From the NCBI GenBank assembly GCA_965649215.1, contig CBFGJZ010000005.1, positions 1 to 39,872 of the forward strand: a stretch of 39,872 nucleotides of DNA, in the 5' to 3' direction. Position 1 is the first letter of the stretch. Each line of letters opens with the position of its first letter. This document shows, in pieces, positions 38,238 through 39,872 of this stretch. A program made the translations under genes and the position numbers. The stretch comes from a candidate division WOR-3 bacterium. Lineage in GTDB: Bacteria; Hydrothermota; Tepidihabitantia; Tepidihabitantales; CAIPLT01. The notes under the pieces are model-generated. The model was not told where the DNA came from. It was given only the letters and a program-made list of their open reading frames with translations, and did not search any database.

Positions 38238-39277
38238 AATCCTTTCTTTAATAAACTACCATACCAATCATTATAAAACTTCTGATATTCTTTGCGCCGA
38301 CGAATCTTTTGCCACCACCATTTATTTGATTCATACCACTTAATAGTTTGAATAATCCCATTTTGAAAATCAGTCTTGACTGACCAACCTAATACTTTTT
38401 TTGCTTTTGTCGTACTGGCAATCAACCGCTCGACATGCCCCGGTCGATCAGCAATCTTTTTAATGAGTGATTTTGGTTTATGAAAGTAATTAAGAATCAA
38501 TTCTGCAATTTGTAATACACTATATTCTTGGCCAGATCCCAAATTAAAAACTTCGCCTTTTACCTTATCAATATCAATCTCAAAGATGCGTTTCAATGCT
38601 TGCACGCAATCCTTAACATATATCCAATCGCGAGTATTTTTCCCTGAACCATACACGTACAATGGTTTATCTTCCATTGTATTGATAATAAAAAACGGAA
38701 TTAATTTTTCTGGATACTGGTATGGCCCATAATTATTAAATGGCCGAATGATTACAATGGGTAAATCATAAGTTTTATAAAACGAATATGCTAATCGGTC
38801 GGCACCGGCTTTAGTTGCCGCATACGGACTTTGTGGTGAGATTGGATGCTCTTCGTTCATCGGTATTATCTGCGCGCTACCATAAACTTCACTGGTGGAA
38901 ATTTGGATGAATATCTCTTTAGGATCTTTACGAAACTCATCTAATAAAACATAACTTCCAATAAAATCGGTTTTGACAAACGGATCGTAATTAACAATGG
39001 AACGATCAATATGGGTTTCTGCTGCAAAATTAATCACTGCATTAACTCGTTTCATCACTTTACTAACAATGGTACGATTTGTAATATCACCTTTAATAAA
39101 CTCAAATCGTGGACTATGCATGATCTCTTTAGAAAAATTATCTAGATTGCCTGCATAAGTCAATTTATCAAGGACAACTACTTTATATTTACTATCTGCC
39201 AAGATTTCCTTAACAAAATTTGAACCTATAAAACCAGCCCCCCCACAAACAAGAATTGTGCTTGTCTTTTTAGCCAT
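38234..39277 (-). CDS. NDP-sugar 4,6-dehydratase, RmlB-like
   Basis: GGAGFIG, DKLTYAGN, AAETHIDRSI, YAATK, NNYGPYQYPEKLIP; start moved to ATG 39277 (GGAG upstream). Confidence 0.85.
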   Translation of the reverse strand: MAKKTSTILVCGGAGFIGSNFVKEILADSKYKVVVLDKLTYAGNLDNFSKEIMHSPRFEFIKGDITNRTIVSKVMKRVNAVINFAAETHIDRSIVNYDPFVKTDFIGSYVLLDEFRKDPKEIFIQISTSEVYGSAQIIPMNEEHPISPQSPYAATKAGADRLAYSFYKTYDLPIVIIRPFNNYGPYQYPEKLIPFFIINTMEDKPLYVYGSGKNTRDWIYVKDCVQALKRIFEIDIDKVKGEVFNLGSGQEYSVLQIAELILNYFHKPKSLIKKIADRPGHVERLIASTTKAKKVLGWSVKTDFQNGIIQTIKWYESNKWWWQKIRRRKEYQKFYNDWYGSLLKKGL

Positions 39278-39725
39278 GTTTAAGACTCCAATCATAGGGA
39301 ATCTGCTTATCAAACGGGTCAAGCCGATATTCGTCAGGATTATCATAATTATATAATTCGGTCGGACAATTTATTACATAAGTCGGTTCAACACTAATTC
39401 CTTTCATCCCATGGATGACCAGCGGTGGGATAACAATCAATAATGGATTTTGCTCACCACAAAAGAACTCATTCAATTCCTGATAAGTTTTTGAATCCTC
39501 ACGTTGGTCATATAAGACAATCTTTGCCATGCCTTTAATCACTGCAAAGTGGTCAGTTTGAAGTTTATGATAATGCCATGCTTTTATCACCCCGGGATTA
39601 ATCACCGAAAGATAACATTGCCCGAATTTCTTAAAAAAACTATCATCCGCGCGCAATAGTTCCATTACAAATCCTCGCTCATCGGGTATTGCTCTTAACT
39701 TTTTTACCTCAACACCTTGTATCAT
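39270..39725 (-). CDS. dTDP-4-dehydrorhamnose 3,5-epimerase family cupin (RmlC-like)
   Basis: DERG, PGVIKAWHYH, IPP.V.HG. Confidence 0.88.
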   Translation of the reverse strand: MIQGVEVKKLRAIPDERGFVMELLRADDSFFKKFGQCYLSVINPGVIKAWHYHKLQTDHFAVIKGMAKIVLYDQREDSKTYQELNEFFCGEQNPLLIVIPPLVIHGMKGISVEPTYVINCPTELYNYDNPDEYRLDPFDKQIPYDWSLKHG

Positions 39726-39732
39726 TGTTTTT

Positions 39733-39819
39733 AGTCTAATTAAGAATTATCTTAAAGTCAAGAACCGTTTTGTTAATTATGCTTATCTGACTTGACTTTT
39801 TACATTTATCAAGTAGAAT
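39733..39819. promoter_or_regulatory. back-to-back divergent promoters (rmlC operon / adk)
   Basis: Minus: TTGACT (39761-39756), 17 nt, TAGACT. Plus: TTGACT (39792-39797), 16 nt, TAGAAT. Confidence 0.7.
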
Positions 39820-39826
39820 AGATTTT

Positions 39827-39872
39827 ATGAAAATCATTTTGATCGGACCACCGGGTAGTGGTAAAGGCACGC
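39827..39872 (+). CDS. adk: adenylate kinase, N-terminal fragment (runs off window)
   Basis: MKIILIGPPGSGKGT P-loop. Confidence 0.8.
   Translation, partial: MKIILIGPPGSGKGT

Noticed and set aside
1260..38343. Many 60-106 aa antisense or alternate-frame ORFs in the track
   Set aside because: They overlap well-supported genes and show no family motifs
39278..39346. N-terminal extension of the RmlB-like protein
   Set aside because: Lies inside rmlC; GGAG and the Rossmann motif fit ATG 39277
1..39872. CRISPR array, IS/prophage, defence system, alternative genetic code
   Set aside because: No repeat-spacer array, recombinase or defence domain seen; conserved genes are intact under code 11 and TGA ends gatC and gatA

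Overview
AT-rich, gene-dense chromosomal segment of a diderm bacterium (LptD, lipoproteins, secreted proteins with FlgD/T9SS-CTD-like tails; an FCB-adjacent candidate lineage such as WOR-3 is my inference). Content is mostly housekeeping: tRNA-Asn, cvpA, two lipoproteins, mreBCD-mrdA-rodA-rlmN, two WG-repeat proteins, a large CapA/PKD protein, a DRG-like GTPase, HD-DUF5665-gatCAB, a HEAT-repeat protein, aspS-pbp1A-endoIII-like-lptD-maf, Yip1, FmdB-IHF/HU-bS22-tRNA-Arg-nitroreductase, rimI, an S8 protease, rmlC-rmlB-like-ribBA-ribH-nusB-metallophosphoesterase and the start of adk. I saw no CRISPR array, transposase, integrase or defence gene. The strongest unexplained signal is in translation initiation. 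At seven first genes a near-consensus sigma70 promoter puts the start codon 33-38 nt from the first base of the -35 box with no SD, which fits leaderless mRNA. Several other genes are entered through tiny ORFs whose stops overlap or abut their start codons, possibly a reinitiation relay. Both readings are hypotheses from sequence alone.
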